DNA of 64,000 nucleotides from Actinomycetes bacterium (GCA_025934435.1 JAICYB010000005.1:12596-76595), one strand, 5' to 3'; counted from the first letter of the stretch, positions 1-9,261 are shown. Notes: generated from the sequence alone by a model not told the origin. A program made the numbers and translations.

Positions 1-3000
1 TACAAGCCGGGCGAGTCGATGCCGGCTTTCGACTGATCGGCGACGACCGTGCGCGGGGGTGGTCCGTCGATCGCGTCGTGATCTCCCGGTTCGTACTGCT
101 TCAGAGCAACGGATGTGGTGAGCTTCGGCGGCGCGAGGGCGAGTCCGAGCGTGTCGACGACGAGCGTCGACTTCCCCGAGCCGGACACACCGCAGACGCC
201 TGCGAGCACGCCGAGCGGGAGTCGTAGCTCGTCGATCGCGAGCGTGTTCTCACGGGCACCGCGGATGGTCATCCAGGACGAAGCCGTTCGGCGCGCCCGC
301 CGCGCGACGGTGCTCCCGTTGAGCGCCTCGGTTGTGGCGCCGGTCTTCGCTTTCGTGTGCGGCCCTTCGAACACCACGTTCCCGCCGTCGGCGCCGGCGC
401 CCGGACCGATCTCGACGATGTGATCGGCGTGTGCGAGGAGCACGCCGTCGTGCTCGACGGCGATGACGGTGTTGCCGCCGTCGCGCAGTTCGGTCAGCGC
501 GCCGGCTAGGGCCTCGACTTCGCGCGGGTGGAGTCCGCGCGAAGGTTCGTCGAGCAGGATCGTCATCCCGAGCAGACCGCTTCCGAGGACGGCCGCGAGC
601 TTCACGCGTTGCGCTTCCCCGGCGGAGAGCGTTCCGGCGAGGCGATCGAGGTGCAGGTAGCCGAGGCCGACGCGACAGAGGAACTCGGCACGGTGCTGCG
701 CCGTCTCGCGCGCATCGGACGCGAGCGTGTCGTGCACGGTCGCTCGCGCGAGCACACGGGCGAGATCCGTTATCGGCATGGAGTGCAGATCGGTTCGGTC
801 GAAGCCTTCGACGCGGATCTCGAGGTACTCGGGACGAAGCCGCTTCCCGTTGCACTGCGGACACACGACGAAGGACGTGTACAAGCCGCCCTGATCCCAG
901 GTTTGCAATCCGGTCATCACGCCGCCCCACCGCCTGCCGCTCTCCCACAGCTGCACACCTTCGGGGAACGGCTCGGGGTCGCCCCACAGGAACGCGTCTT
1001 GCACGTGCTGCGGCATCTCGTTCCACGGCGTCGTCTTCGGGTCGAACTCGTGGCGCGCGGCGAACGCGGTGAGAGCCTTGTTGCCGCCTGTACCCGGAGT
1101 GCAGAGGTATCCGCGAGGGAAGTAGCCCGGCGAGTACATCGCGCCGCCGCAGATCGGCAGCTCCGGCTTCACGATCAAGCGGTCGACGCGTCCGCGCGCT
1201 GCGCGTCCCCGTCCCCGGCACGTCGGGCACACCGACAACGCGTTCCGGAGTGCGAGATGGCGCGGCTCGATCGCGACGCCGATCTCGTCGCAGTCGTCGC
1301 AGCGCCACTTCGAGTCGGCGGTCTGGCTGAGTCGTGACATCGTCCCGCCGCACTTCACGCAGGTGCGGACGCCGCCGCGCGCGAGCACCACCGTGACGAG
1401 ATGCGCGATCCCGCTCGCGACGCCGACGGTCGCCGTAGGACGCGCGAGGCCCTCGGCGTAGCCGCTCGACCACCGGCGCTCGGCGTCGAGGACGAGGGTC
1501 GGGCCGAGTCCGTCGAGCGATGTGACGGGTGCGTCGGGACCTTCACGCAGGCCCTGCCGCTCGTACATGGACATCGATTCGAGCAACCGCTTCATCGCTT
1601 CGGCGGCGAGCACGTCGCGAACGAGGGACGACTTCCCGGATCCCGACACACCGGTGACGGCGGTGAATCGTCCTTTCGGGATGTCGACGTCGACCGAACG
1701 CAGGTTGTTCGCGGACGCGCCCCTCATGCGGATCGCATCCGATGCGCGCGGACGGGTGCGCGCCTTTTCGCGCGGCGAGATCGCGTTGCCCGCTTGTTTC
1801 GGCGGCGGTCCGCAATGGACGAGGCGCCCGCCGTTCGGTCCGCCTCCGGGACCGAGCTCGACGATCCAATCGGCGGCATCGACGACGTCGGGTTGATGCT
1901 CGACGACGATCACGGTGCAACCGGCCTGTGTCAGTCCGTCGAGGACGCCGATCAGACGCGCGAGGTCCGCGGGATGCAGGCCCGTCGTCGGCTCGTCCAG
2001 CACGACGAGATCGCCGGGCTTCGCGCGCGCGAGTTGTCGCGCGAGCCGGACGCGCTGCGCTTCGCCGCCGGAGAGCGTCGGCGACGGTTGTCCGAGGGCA
2101 AGGTAGCCGAGCCCAACATCGGAGAGGGCATCGAGGATCTTGCGGATCGCGCGCTGATCGCCGAAGACGTCGCGTGCTTCGTCCACGGACATCGCGAGGA
2201 TGTCGGCGATCGTGTGCGGACGTCCGCCGATCTCGGGACGATGCTCGAGCGTTTCGGGGCGGAAGCGCGTGCCGTCGCACGCTTCGCATTCGATCCACGT
2301 CGAGGCGATGTACCGGAGGCTGATCTCGACGGCGCCCATGCCTTCGCACTCCGGACACGCGCCCTCCTCGCGGTTGAACGTGAAGATCGACGGCGAGGCT
2401 CCCGTTGCCTTGGCGAACAGGTCGCGGATCTTGTCGAGCACCTTCGTGTACGTCGCCGGATTCGAACGGGGGTTGTTGCCGATCGGCGATTGATCGACGG
2501 CGAGTGCGCGCGGGACGTCTCCTTCGAACCCGTCGCAATCGACCGCCCTGCCTGCTTCGACCGACGCGAGCACGACATCGCGCACGAGCGTTGTCTTTCC
2601 CGCACCGGACGGACCCGTCACGACGGTGATGCGTTCCGCCGGAAAGATCGCATCGAACCCCGTCAGGTTGCGTCCGCGCGCTCCGCGCACGGTGATCACG
2701 CTCTCTGCTGGAGGGCGTGCCTCGCGCGTCAGGGCTGCGTCCCGCTTGGAGAAGAAACGACCGGAGACCGTCGACGATTTCCAGAGCTTCGCCGGTGTCC
2801 CTTTGAACGTCACGCCGCCGCCGTGCGGCCCGGCTCCGGGTCCGACCTCGATGACGTCGTCCGCGTTCGCGACGGCGGCTGCGTCGTGCTCGACCATCAC
2901 CACCGGTCCGGGAAGTTCGGCGAGCACGCCGAACAGACGCTCGACGTCGCGGCGATGGAGACCGATCGATGGTTCGTCGAGCACGTGGAGGAGATCTTCG

Positions 3001-4025
3001 AGTCGTCCCGCGAGGACGACGGCGAGCCGGACGCGTTGCGATTCGCCGCGCGAGAGCGTCGGCATCGGACGATCGAGCGTCAGGTGGTCGAGGCCGAGTT
3101 CGACGAGGGGTGCGAGGCGCCGTTCCAGCTCGGTGACGATCCGCTTCGCGCGGGGGCCGAGGTCGGCGCCGTCGGTGAACGCGAGCGCTTGGCCGGCGGT
3201 CATCGCGAGCACGTCATCGAGCGTGCGCCCGGCGATCGTGTGCGACGACGTGTCGACCTCGCTGCCGAGGCGGAAACAGAGCGCTTCGAGCGGCGGAACC
3301 CACGCACCGCACCGCGGACAGATCGGTGAGCGCAGCAGCGGCGTTCCGCCGACGAGGACCTCGGTGCATCCCCAGGCATCCGCCGCGGCCAACGCGCTCC
3401 GGACCGCAGCCGCCGTTGCGTTCGCGGCTATCTCGCCCGTCGTCACGACGATGTCGTGTGGTTCGTCCGGGTCGAGCGGTTTCCCGTTCCACTTCTTGCC
3501 GTCGACGGCGATGGCGGTTCGTCCGACGCCGTCTTGGATCGCCTTCAGCAGGCGGGCGTGTGTGCCCGCGATGCCGCGAACGAGGGGGACCCGGACGGCG
3601 CCGTGGAGCCGCCGCGCCTCGTTGACGCGTTCCTCATCGGTGAGGGCGCGAACCTGCGTCCCGCACGCCGGACAGTTCACGACCGAGAGCCGCGAGAACA
3701 GGATCCGGAGGTACGGATGCACGCCGATGGCGGTGGCGATGATCGAATTCGGGTTGCGGTTCAGAACGTTCTGCGCGATCGCGACGGCGGGACCGAGTCC
3801 GGTGATCGCACGAACGGACGCCGCGCGCGAACGGTCCGACACGCCGACCGCCATCGTGTCGAGGAAGCGTCTACGCGCTTCGTGATAGAGCGTGTCGAAA
3901 GCGAGCGACGACTTGCCGGAACCGGAGACGCCGACGACGGCGGTCAGTCCGGGGCCGAAGGACACATCGACGTCACGAAGATTGTGCTCGGCAGCACCGG
4001 TGACGTTGATCGTCCGCTTAGCCAT
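1..4025 (-). CDS. UvrA-like ABC ATPase, tandemly duplicated (four ABC modules visible); C-terminal end lies beyond the left edge
   Basis: Absent from the supplied ORF track because there is no stop codon inside the window. My own translation starts at the ATG at 4025 (GGGGAG just upstream) and stays open to position 1 (1341 codons): MAKRTINVTGAAEHNLRDVDVSFGPGLTAVVGVSGSGKSSLAFDTLYHEA... Four Walker A motifs: GVSGSGKSSL, GPSGAGKTTL, GVSGSGKSSL, GVSGSGKSTL. Three signature motifs: LSRGESQRVRLA, LSGGEAQRVRLA, LSAGEAQRVKLA. UvrA-type Cys motifs: CPACG, CPRCG, CPECEG..CEACDG, CVKCGG..CDDCDE, CPTCRG, CPQCNG. DQSPIGNNPRSNPATY is also present. Confidence 0.85.
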   Translation of the reverse strand, partial: MAKRTINVTGAAEHNLRDVDVSFGPGLTAVVGVSGSGKSSLAFDTLYHEARRRFLDTMAVGVSDRSRAASVRAITGLGPAVAIAQNVLNRNPNSIIATAIGVHPYLRILFSRLSVVNCPACGTQVRALTDEERVNEARRLHGAVRVPLVRGIAGTHARLLKAIQDGVGRTAIAVDGKKWNGKPLDPDEPHDIVVTTGEIAANATAAAVRSALAAADAWGCTEVLVGGTPLLRSPICPRCGAWVPPLEALCFRLGSEVDTSSHTIAGRTLDDVLAMTAGQALAFTDGADLGPRAKRIVTELERRLAPLVELGLDHLTLDRPMPTLSRGESQRVRLAVVLAGRLEDLLHVLDEPSIGLHRRDVERLFGVLAELPGPVVMVEHDAAAVANADDVIEVGPGAGPHGGGVTFKGTPAKLWKSSTVSGRFFSKRDAALTREARPPAESVITVRGARGRNLTGFDAIFPAERITVVTGPSGAGKTTLVRDVVLASVEAGRAVDCDGFEGDVPRALAVDQSPIGNNPRSNPATYTKVLDKIRDLFAKATGASPSIFTFNREEGACPECEGMGAVEISLRYIASTWIECEACDGTRFRPETLEHRPEIGGRPHTIADILAMSVDEARDVFGDQRAIRKILDALSDVGLGYLALGQPSPTLSGGEAQRVRLARQLARAKPGDLVVLDEPTTGLHPADLARLIGVLDGLTQAGCTVIVVEHQPDVVDAADWIVELGPGGGPNGGRLVHCGPPPKQAGNAISPREKARTRPRASDAIRMRGASANNLRSVDVDIPKGRFTAVTGVSGSGKSSLVRDVLAAEAMKRLLESMSMYERQGLREGPDAPVTSLDGLGPTLVLDAERRWSSGYAEGLARPTATVGVASGIAHLVTVVLARGGVRTCVKCGGTMSRLSQTADSKWRCDDCDEIGVAIEPRHLALRNALSVCPTCRGRGRAARGRVDRLIVKPELPICGGAMYSPGYFPRGYLCTPGTGGNKALTAFAARHEFDPKTTPWNEMPQHVQDAFLWGDPEPFPEGVQLWESGRRWGGVMTGLQTWDQGGLYTSFVVCPQCNGKRLRPEYLEIRVEGFDRTDLHSMPITDLARVLARATVHDTLASDARETAQHRAEFLCRVGLGYLHLDRLAGTLSAGEAQRVKLAAVLGSGLLGMTILLDEPSRGLHPREVEALAGALTELRDGGNTVIAVEHDGVLLAHADHIVEIGPGAGADGGNVVFEGPHTKAKTGATTEALNGSTVARRARRTASSWMTIRGARENTLAIDELRLPLGVLAGVCGVSGSGKSTLVVDTLGLALAPPKLTTSVALKQYEPGDHDAIDGPPPRTVVADQSKAGIDSPGL

Positions 4026-4049
4026 CTCCCCGGAGGGACGGTAACAGGC

Positions 4050-4607
4050 TCAGCGGGCGCGGTAGAGATCGCGCAGGAGGCCGACCTCCGACATGTGATG
4101 GATCTCTTCGTCGATGACGTGAAGGATCAACGCGAAGAACGATGCGTCGCTGAACGGGCTTCCTTCGACACCGTACTCACGGAGCGTGCGTTTGAGCTCG
4201 TCATCGGTGTAGCTCGGGAAGGATGCGCGGCAGTTCTCGTACTTCGCGGTCAGCAGTTGGATCGCCTCGGCGGCCGTTCCTGCCGCGGACGTTCCGACCG
4301 GTCCATCGGGTGCGAAGTAATTCGACACGTACTCCTGCGCGGTCGCACCCGTGGCGGCCATGCCGGATCGCGATCCGGTCGGACGCGCGCCGAGGTGCGT
4401 CATCTGCCAAGCGATCGTCGTGACGGGCGGTGGATCGGGTTCGGGCCGGGCGAAGTCGGCGGCGAAGGTTCGGTCGCCGGTCGGGCGCACCGTCCAGCAG
4501 TTCCGGGCGGGCTCCCACAGATACTCGTCATCGGTGAGACCCGTGACGCGTCGGAGGAAGCGTGTCCAGTACCAGTTGTAGAGGTCGGTGACTTCGTCGA
4601 AGTTCAT
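4050..4607 (-). CDS. DinB-family (DinB_2-like) protein
   Basis: I take the internal ATG at 4607 of track ORF 4050..5135 as the start (MNFDEVTDLYNWYWTRFLRRVTGLTDDEYLWEP...IHHMSEVGLLRDLY). The upstream part of that ORF is Arg-rich shadow. ATGA overlap with the stop of the upstream gene. Confidence 0.75.
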   Translation of the reverse strand: MNFDEVTDLYNWYWTRFLRRVTGLTDDEYLWEPARNCWTVRPTGDRTFAADFARPEPDPPPVTTIAWQMTHLGARPTGSRSGMAATGATAQEYVSNYFAPDGPVGTSAAGTAAEAIQLLTAKYENCRASFPSYTDDELKRTLREYGVEGSPFSDASFFALILHVIDEEIHHMSEVGLLRDLYRAR

Positions 4608-5488
4608 GTCGCGGTTACGGGGAGGGACCGTAGGAGCTCCACTGCTTCCGTGCGTCCGAAGAAGTCCGCCCATTCGACCGGTGTCGCGTGATAGACGGCG
4701 TCCCGAGTGTCGAGCGGCGCGCCCGCCGCGATCAGCAACTCGATGACATCGACGCGTCCCTCGCCCGCCGCGTGGTGGAGCGCGGTCCGACCCTTGCCTC
4801 CGGCCGGGAACCCGAGTTCGATCAGCTTCGGGACGGCTTCCCAACGGGCCGTCGCCGCCGCTTCGCGGATGAGATCCGGATGTGATCGCTTCGTTCGTTC
4901 GATGTTGTCGGCCGAGACCTCGCGTCCGTGCAAGAGCGCCGACACGATCTCGTCGTAGCCGTTTTCGGCTGCCCACAGATCGCGCAACACACCGATCTCG
5001 GCGCCGTGATGGATCGCTTCGTCCAGGATGTGCAGGACGAAGCTCGCCCGCCTGACGTGAGCGAAGCCGCGTCCGACCGGTCCGATCGGATCGAACGCGC
5101 GGTCGATGTCCATCGCCGAGATGTACCGCTTCCATCGCGCGAACGCTTGCTCGAACATCTCGCGTGCCCGGCGCGCATCAGGCGGTGCTCCGTCCGCGAA
5201 GAGGTTCTCGGTCTCGGGCTCGAGCCCGACGTTGCGCGCGCAGCGATCTTCCGCGAACAAGTCGATGATGTGCGTGTAGCGCCACGCGATCGTGGTGACG
5301 GGCGCGATCTCGTCGAAGATCAGGCCCCATCGCATCTGGAGCTTGCCGTCGGCGTCGGCGGCGAGCGACCAACAGTCGGGCGCCGGCTCCCAGAAGTACT
5401 CCTCGTCGGTCAGCCCGTCGAGACGTCCGGTGAACCGGTTGTAGAACTTGTCGGACAGGTCGAGGAACTCTTGCCGTAGCTTTTCCAC
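4604..5488 (-). CDS. DinB-family domain fused to C-terminal ankyrin repeats
   Basis: GTG start at 5488 with a GGGGAGG ribosome-binding site. The N-terminal ~190 aa are paralogous to the downstream DinB (LTDEEYFWEP..., IHHGAEIGVLRDLW). The C-terminus carries ankyrin consensus: GRTALHHAAGEGRVDVIELLIAAGAPLDTRD...TPVEWA. Confidence 0.75.
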   Translation of the reverse strand: MEKLRQEFLDLSDKFYNRFTGRLDGLTDEEYFWEPAPDCWSLAADADGKLQMRWGLIFDEIAPVTTIAWRYTHIIDLFAEDRCARNVGLEPETENLFADGAPPDARRAREMFEQAFARWKRYISAMDIDRAFDPIGPVGRGFAHVRRASFVLHILDEAIHHGAEIGVLRDLWAAENGYDEIVSALLHGREVSADNIERTKRSHPDLIREAAATARWEAVPKLIELGFPAGGKGRTALHHAAGEGRVDVIELLIAAGAPLDTRDAVYHATPVEWADFFGRTEAVELLRSLPVTAT

Positions 5489-5579
5489 GCGCGCCTCCCC
5501 AGCGCTCGAAGGACCTCAGCGTAGTCGTGTGAAGTGGACACCTCCTGTCCGGGATAAATCTGCGATACTGGGCGCCTCG

Positions 5580-5612
5580 ATGTCGTTTTCACAGGTAGTC
5601 ATCATTCGGTAG
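5580..5612 (+). promoter_or_regulatory. Candidate leader peptide MSFSQVVIIR (Val-Val-Ile-Ile) upstream of the branched-chain amino acid (BCAA) operon
   Basis: ATG TCG TTT TCA CAG GTA GTC ATC ATT CGG TAG. GTA and ATT are unusual codons for this GC content. The ORF lies 30 nt upstream of a terminator-like hairpin and about 75 nt upstream of leuB. The Shine-Dalgarno sequence is weak. Confidence 0.3.
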
Positions 5613-5642
5613 GCGGGCGCCGGCGGCGTCCGCCTCAGCAAG

Positions 5643-5672
5643 CCTCTCGCGAAAGCGGGGGGCTTTCTTCTT
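5643..5672 (+). terminator. Intrinsic-terminator-like hairpin (possible attenuator) immediately upstream of the leuB ribosome-binding site
   Basis: CCTCTCGC-GAAA-GCGGGGGG forms an 8 bp stem (including 2 G.U pairs) with a GAAA loop, followed by CTTTCTTCTT. No plus-strand gene lies upstream that it could terminate. Confidence 0.4.
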
Positions 5673-5687
5673 GGAGGCGAACACAGA

Positions 5688-6743
5688 TTGGGTTACCGGA
5701 TTGCGGTGATCCCGGGCGATGGTTGCGGACCCGAGATGATCGCCGAGGGTCTCAAGGTGCTCGACGCCACCGGCGTCGACGTCGACCTCGTGACGCATGA
5801 TCTCGGGACGGGTCGCTATGCAGCGACGGGCGAGATCCTGCCCGATGACATCTTCGCCGATCTCGCGGATTGCGATGCCATCTATAAGGGACCGATCGGC
5901 GCGCGCCACGTCGGCGACGACGTGCCGCCCGGTGTCCTCGAGCGCGGTCTCATCCTCGAGCTGCGCTTCCGCCTCGATCAGTACATCAATCTCCGGCCGG
6001 TGCGCCTCTATCCGGGCGTGCCGTGTCCGATCGTCGGCAAGACGCCGGACGATGTCGACTTCGTCGTCATCCGCGAGAACACCGAAGGTCTGTATGCCGG
6101 TGCCGGCGGCATCTTCAAGAAAGGTACGCCGGACGAAACCGCGCTGCAGACGAGCGTCAGCACGCGGAAAGGCGTCGAGCGAGCCGTCCGCTACGCGTTC
6201 GAGACGGCGCGCAAACGGAACAAGAAGCGCAAGCTGACGATGGTCGCGAAAACGAACGTGCTGACGTTCACCGGCGACATCTGGTCACGCGTGTTCCACG
6301 AGGTCGGCGAGGAGTATCCGGACATCGAGCGCGACTACGCGCACGTCGATGCGTGGTGCTTCTACGTCGTGAACAATCCCGAATGGTTCGACGTCGTCGT
6401 GACCGAGAACATGTTCGGCGACATCATCACGGACCTCGCCGCCGCCGTGCAGGGCGGGATGGGTGTCGCGTCCAGCGGGAACCTCAATCCCGAAGGCGTG
6501 TCGATGTTCGAGCAGATCGGTGGAACCGCGCCGCAGTTCGCGGGGCTCAACGCGATCAATCCGATGGCCGCGATCGGCGCCGTGGAGATGATGCTGGCGC
6601 ACCTCGGAGAGGGTGATGCGGCGTCCGCTGTATCCGGCGCGATGGCTTCGGTCTTTCCGAAGCTCGATCAGATGGGCGCAGGACAGATGGGATACTCGAC
6701 CACCGAGGTCGGCGACATGGTCGCTGAGCAAGTGAAGGGGTAA
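5688..6743 (+). CDS. leuB: 3-isopropylmalate dehydrogenase
   Basis: TTG start after GGAGG. IAVIPGDGCGPE, LILELRFRLDQYINLRPVRLYPGV, VVIRENTEGLY, NMFGDIITDLAAAVQGGMG. Confidence 0.9.
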   Translation: MGYRIAVIPGDGCGPEMIAEGLKVLDATGVDVDLVTHDLGTGRYAATGEILPDDIFADLADCDAIYKGPIGARHVGDDVPPGVLERGLILELRFRLDQYINLRPVRLYPGVPCPIVGKTPDDVDFVVIRENTEGLYAGAGGIFKKGTPDETALQTSVSTRKGVERAVRYAFETARKRNKKRKLTMVAKTNVLTFTGDIWSRVFHEVGEEYPDIERDYAHVDAWCFYVVNNPEWFDVVVTENMFGDIITDLAAAVQGGMGVASSGNLNPEGVSMFEQIGGTAPQFAGLNAINPMAAIGAVEMMLAHLGEGDAASAVSGAMASVFPKLDQMGAGQMGYSTTEVGDMVAEQVKG

Positions 6744-6746
6744 ACG

Positions 6747-7676
6747 ATGCCGATCCAAGAGACCGAAACGATCTGGATGGACGGGGAGCTCGTGCCGTGG
6801 AAGGACGCCAACGTGCACGTCCTCACGCACACGCTCCACTACGGCACCGGCATTTTCGAAGGGATCCGCGGTTACAAGACGAAGAGCGGTACGTCCATCT
6901 TCCGGCTCACCGATCACATGCGGCGGCTGCACCGCAGTGCGAAGGTCGTGATGATGGACCTCCCCTATTCCGTCGAGCAGCTCGTCGAAGCGACGAAGGA
7001 AACGGTGCGATCGAACAACCTCGGCGAGTACCCGCTCCTCTACATCCGCCCGCTCGCGTACTACGGCTACCAGGAGATGGGTCTCAACCCGCTCACTTCG
7101 CCCGTTCGCGTTTCGATCGCCGCGTTCCCATGGGGGACGTACCTCGGCGAGGAAGGTGTCGCGTCCGGCATCCGGGTGAAGACATCGTCGTGGCAGCGGA
7201 TCGACATGAACGCGCTGCCGCCGCAGGCGAAGACGTCGGCGGGCTATCTGAACTCCGTCCTCGCCAAGATGGAAGTGCTGAAGGCGGGTTACGACGAAGC
7301 GCTGTTCATCAATCCGCAAGGAACGGTCGCCGAGGGTCCGGGCGAGAACTTCTTCATCGTGCGTGACGGTGTGCTCATCACGCCGTCGAAGGTCACGGCC
7401 GGCCTCGAGGGGATCACGCGCGAGTCGGTGATGACGATCGCGCACGACCTCGGCTACGAGGTGCGCGAGGAAGCGATCGCGCGCGCCGACGCCTATCTGG
7501 CGGACGAAGCGTTCTTCACCGGCACCGCCGCGGAGCTCACGCCGATCCGCGAGATCGACGATCGTGTGGTCGGTACGGGAGAACCGGGCGCGATGACGAA
7601 GAAGCTCCAGGAGACCTTCTTCGCGGCGGCGCGAGCCGAGATCGAGACGTACCGAGAGTGGTGCGAGTTTGTCTGA
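6747..7676 (+). CDS. ilvE: Branched-chain amino acid aminotransferase (class IV)
   Basis: IWMDGELVPWKDANVHVLTHTLHYGTGIFEGIRGY... 309 aa, close in length and sequence pattern to enterobacterial IlvE as I recall it. Confidence 0.9.
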   Translation: MPIQETETIWMDGELVPWKDANVHVLTHTLHYGTGIFEGIRGYKTKSGTSIFRLTDHMRRLHRSAKVVMMDLPYSVEQLVEATKETVRSNNLGEYPLLYIRPLAYYGYQEMGLNPLTSPVRVSIAAFPWGTYLGEEGVASGIRVKTSSWQRIDMNALPPQAKTSAGYLNSVLAKMEVLKAGYDEALFINPQGTVAEGPGENFFIVRDGVLITPSKVTAGLEGITRESVMTIAHDLGYEVREEAIARADAYLADEAFFTGTAAELTPIREIDDRVVGTGEPGAMTKKLQETFFAAARAEIETYREWCEFV

Positions 7677-9261
7677 TCCCTTAGTACTTTTCGACACCAC
7701 GCTGCGGGACGGAGCCCAGATGGAAGGGCTCACACTGACCGTCGACGACAAGTTGCGCATCGCGCAGAAGATCGACGAGCTCGGCGTGCAGTACATCGAG
7801 GGCGGCTGGCCGGGTTCGAACCCGAAGGACGGAGAGTTCTTCGCCCGCGCCCCGCAAGAACTTCGGTTGAAACATGCGAAGCTCGTGACGTTCTCGTCGA
7901 CCCGTCGCGCCGGCGTCACGGCCGGGAAGGACCCGAACCTGCGCATCACCGTGGGCGCCGCGACGCCGGTCGTCTGCATCGTCGGGAAGTCGTGGGACCT
8001 GCACGTACGGGAAGCCCTCCGAACGACGCTCGACGAGAACCTGAAGATGGTCGGTGACACCGTGAAGTACCTGAAGCGCCACTTCGACGAGGTGTTCTTC
8101 GACGCCGAGCACTTCTTCGACGGCTTCAAGAACAACCCGGCGTACGCGATGCGCGTGCTCGAAGCTGCGGCGAGCAACGGTGCCGACTGCATCGTCCTCT
8201 GCGATACGAACGGCGGATGTCTGCCGAACGAGGTCGCCTCGATCGTCACGCAGGTGTCGTCCGCGATGCCGGCCGCATACGGCATCCACTGCCACAACGA
8301 CACCGATTGCGCGGTCGCGAACTCGCTGGCCGCCGTGGAAGCGGGGGTCGTCCACGTGCAGGGGGCGATGAACGGCTACGGCGAACGCTGCGGCAACGCG
8401 AACATCGCCTCCATCGCCGCCGACCTCGTTTTGAAGATGGGCCGCGAGGTGATCACCCCGGCGCAGGTCGCGAACCTCGCCGGCGTCGCGCACTACGTGG
8501 CCGAGACGTGCAACCTCACGCCGAACCCGCAGCAGCCGTTCGTGGGGACGTCCGCGTTCGCGCACAAGGCCGGCCTCCACGCATCGGCCGTCGCGCGGCG
8601 GCGCGATCTCTACGAACACATCGATCCCGCGCTCGTCGGCAACGTCCGGCACCTCGTCGTCAGCGAACTATCGGGGAAGGCGACGATCACGGTGAAGGCG
8701 CGCGAGCTCGGCGTGGATCTGTCCGAGGAGAAGACGGTCGGCGGCGTCATCCGCAAGGTGAAGGAGCTCGAGCACCTCGGTTATCACTTCGAAGCCGCGG
8801 ACGCCTCATTCGAGCTCCTCCTCCGGCGTTCGTCGGGATGGGAGCAGGAGTTCTTCGCGATCGAGTCGTTCCGGGTGATCGTGGAGAACGACGCGAACGG
8901 CGGTGTGTCGAGCGAAGCAACCGTGAAGCTCCACGCCGGCGGACGCCGCATCATCTCGACGGCCGAAGGCAACGGCCCGGTCAACGCATTGGACGCGGCC
9001 CTGCGCAAAGCCCTGCTCGATACCTATCCCCAGCTCGCACAGATCAAACTCGCCGACTACAAGGTGCGCATCCTGAATGAGAACGTCGGGACGTCGGCGA
9101 CGACACGCGTGCTGATCGAATCGTCCGACGGCGAGAAGGAGTGGGGGACGATCGGCGTGTCGGACAACATCGTCGACGCGTCCTGGGAGGCGCTGATCGA
9201 CGGCTACGTGTACGGTCTTCTGCACAAGACCACGGTGGAGGGAACCGGAGCCGGCCAATGA
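7669..9261 (+). CDS. cimA: Citramalate synthase type member of the 2-isopropylmalate synthase family
   Basis: LFDTTLRDGAQMEGLTLTVDDKLRIAQKIDELGVQYIEGGWPGSNPKDGEFF. About 530 aa. Overlaps ilvE by 8 nt. Confidence 0.75.
   Translation: MSDPLVLFDTTLRDGAQMEGLTLTVDDKLRIAQKIDELGVQYIEGGWPGSNPKDGEFFARAPQELRLKHAKLVTFSSTRRAGVTAGKDPNLRITVGAATPVVCIVGKSWDLHVREALRTTLDENLKMVGDTVKYLKRHFDEVFFDAEHFFDGFKNNPAYAMRVLEAAASNGADCIVLCDTNGGCLPNEVASIVTQVSSAMPAAYGIHCHNDTDCAVANSLAAVEAGVVHVQGAMNGYGERCGNANIASIAADLVLKMGREVITPAQVANLAGVAHYVAETCNLTPNPQQPFVGTSAFAHKAGLHASAVARRRDLYEHIDPALVGNVRHLVVSELSGKATITVKARELGVDLSEEKTVGGVIRKVKELEHLGYHFEAADASFELLLRRSSGWEQEFFAIESFRVIVENDANGGVSSEATVKLHAGGRRIISTAEGNGPVNALDAALRKALLDTYPQLAQIKLADYKVRILNENVGTSATTRVLIESSDGEKEWGTIGVSDNIVDASWEALIDGYVYGLLHKTTVEGTGAGQ

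Noticed and set aside
5489-5579. SOS (LexA) box or RecA-independent damage promoter upstream of the DinB/UvrA-like operon
   Set aside because: Only a half-site-like TCGAAG (about 5505) is present, with no matching GTTCGA partner at N4 spacing. A TGTC-containing stretch on the minus strand does not fit the TGTCAGTG-N8-TAnnnT pattern I remember.
6285-8303. 672-aa minus-strand ORF opposite leuB/ilvE/cimA. Similar long ORFs: 1401..3329 (+), 250..1473 (-), 9916..11913 (-), 41066..42610 (-), 41872..43317 (-), 44519..46135 (-), 44698..46638 (+), 32284..33789 (-), 28914..29882 (+)
   Set aside because: All overlap well-supported genes on the other strand or in another frame. All are dominated by Arg/Pro/Ala/Gly/Asp runs and contain no recognisable motifs.
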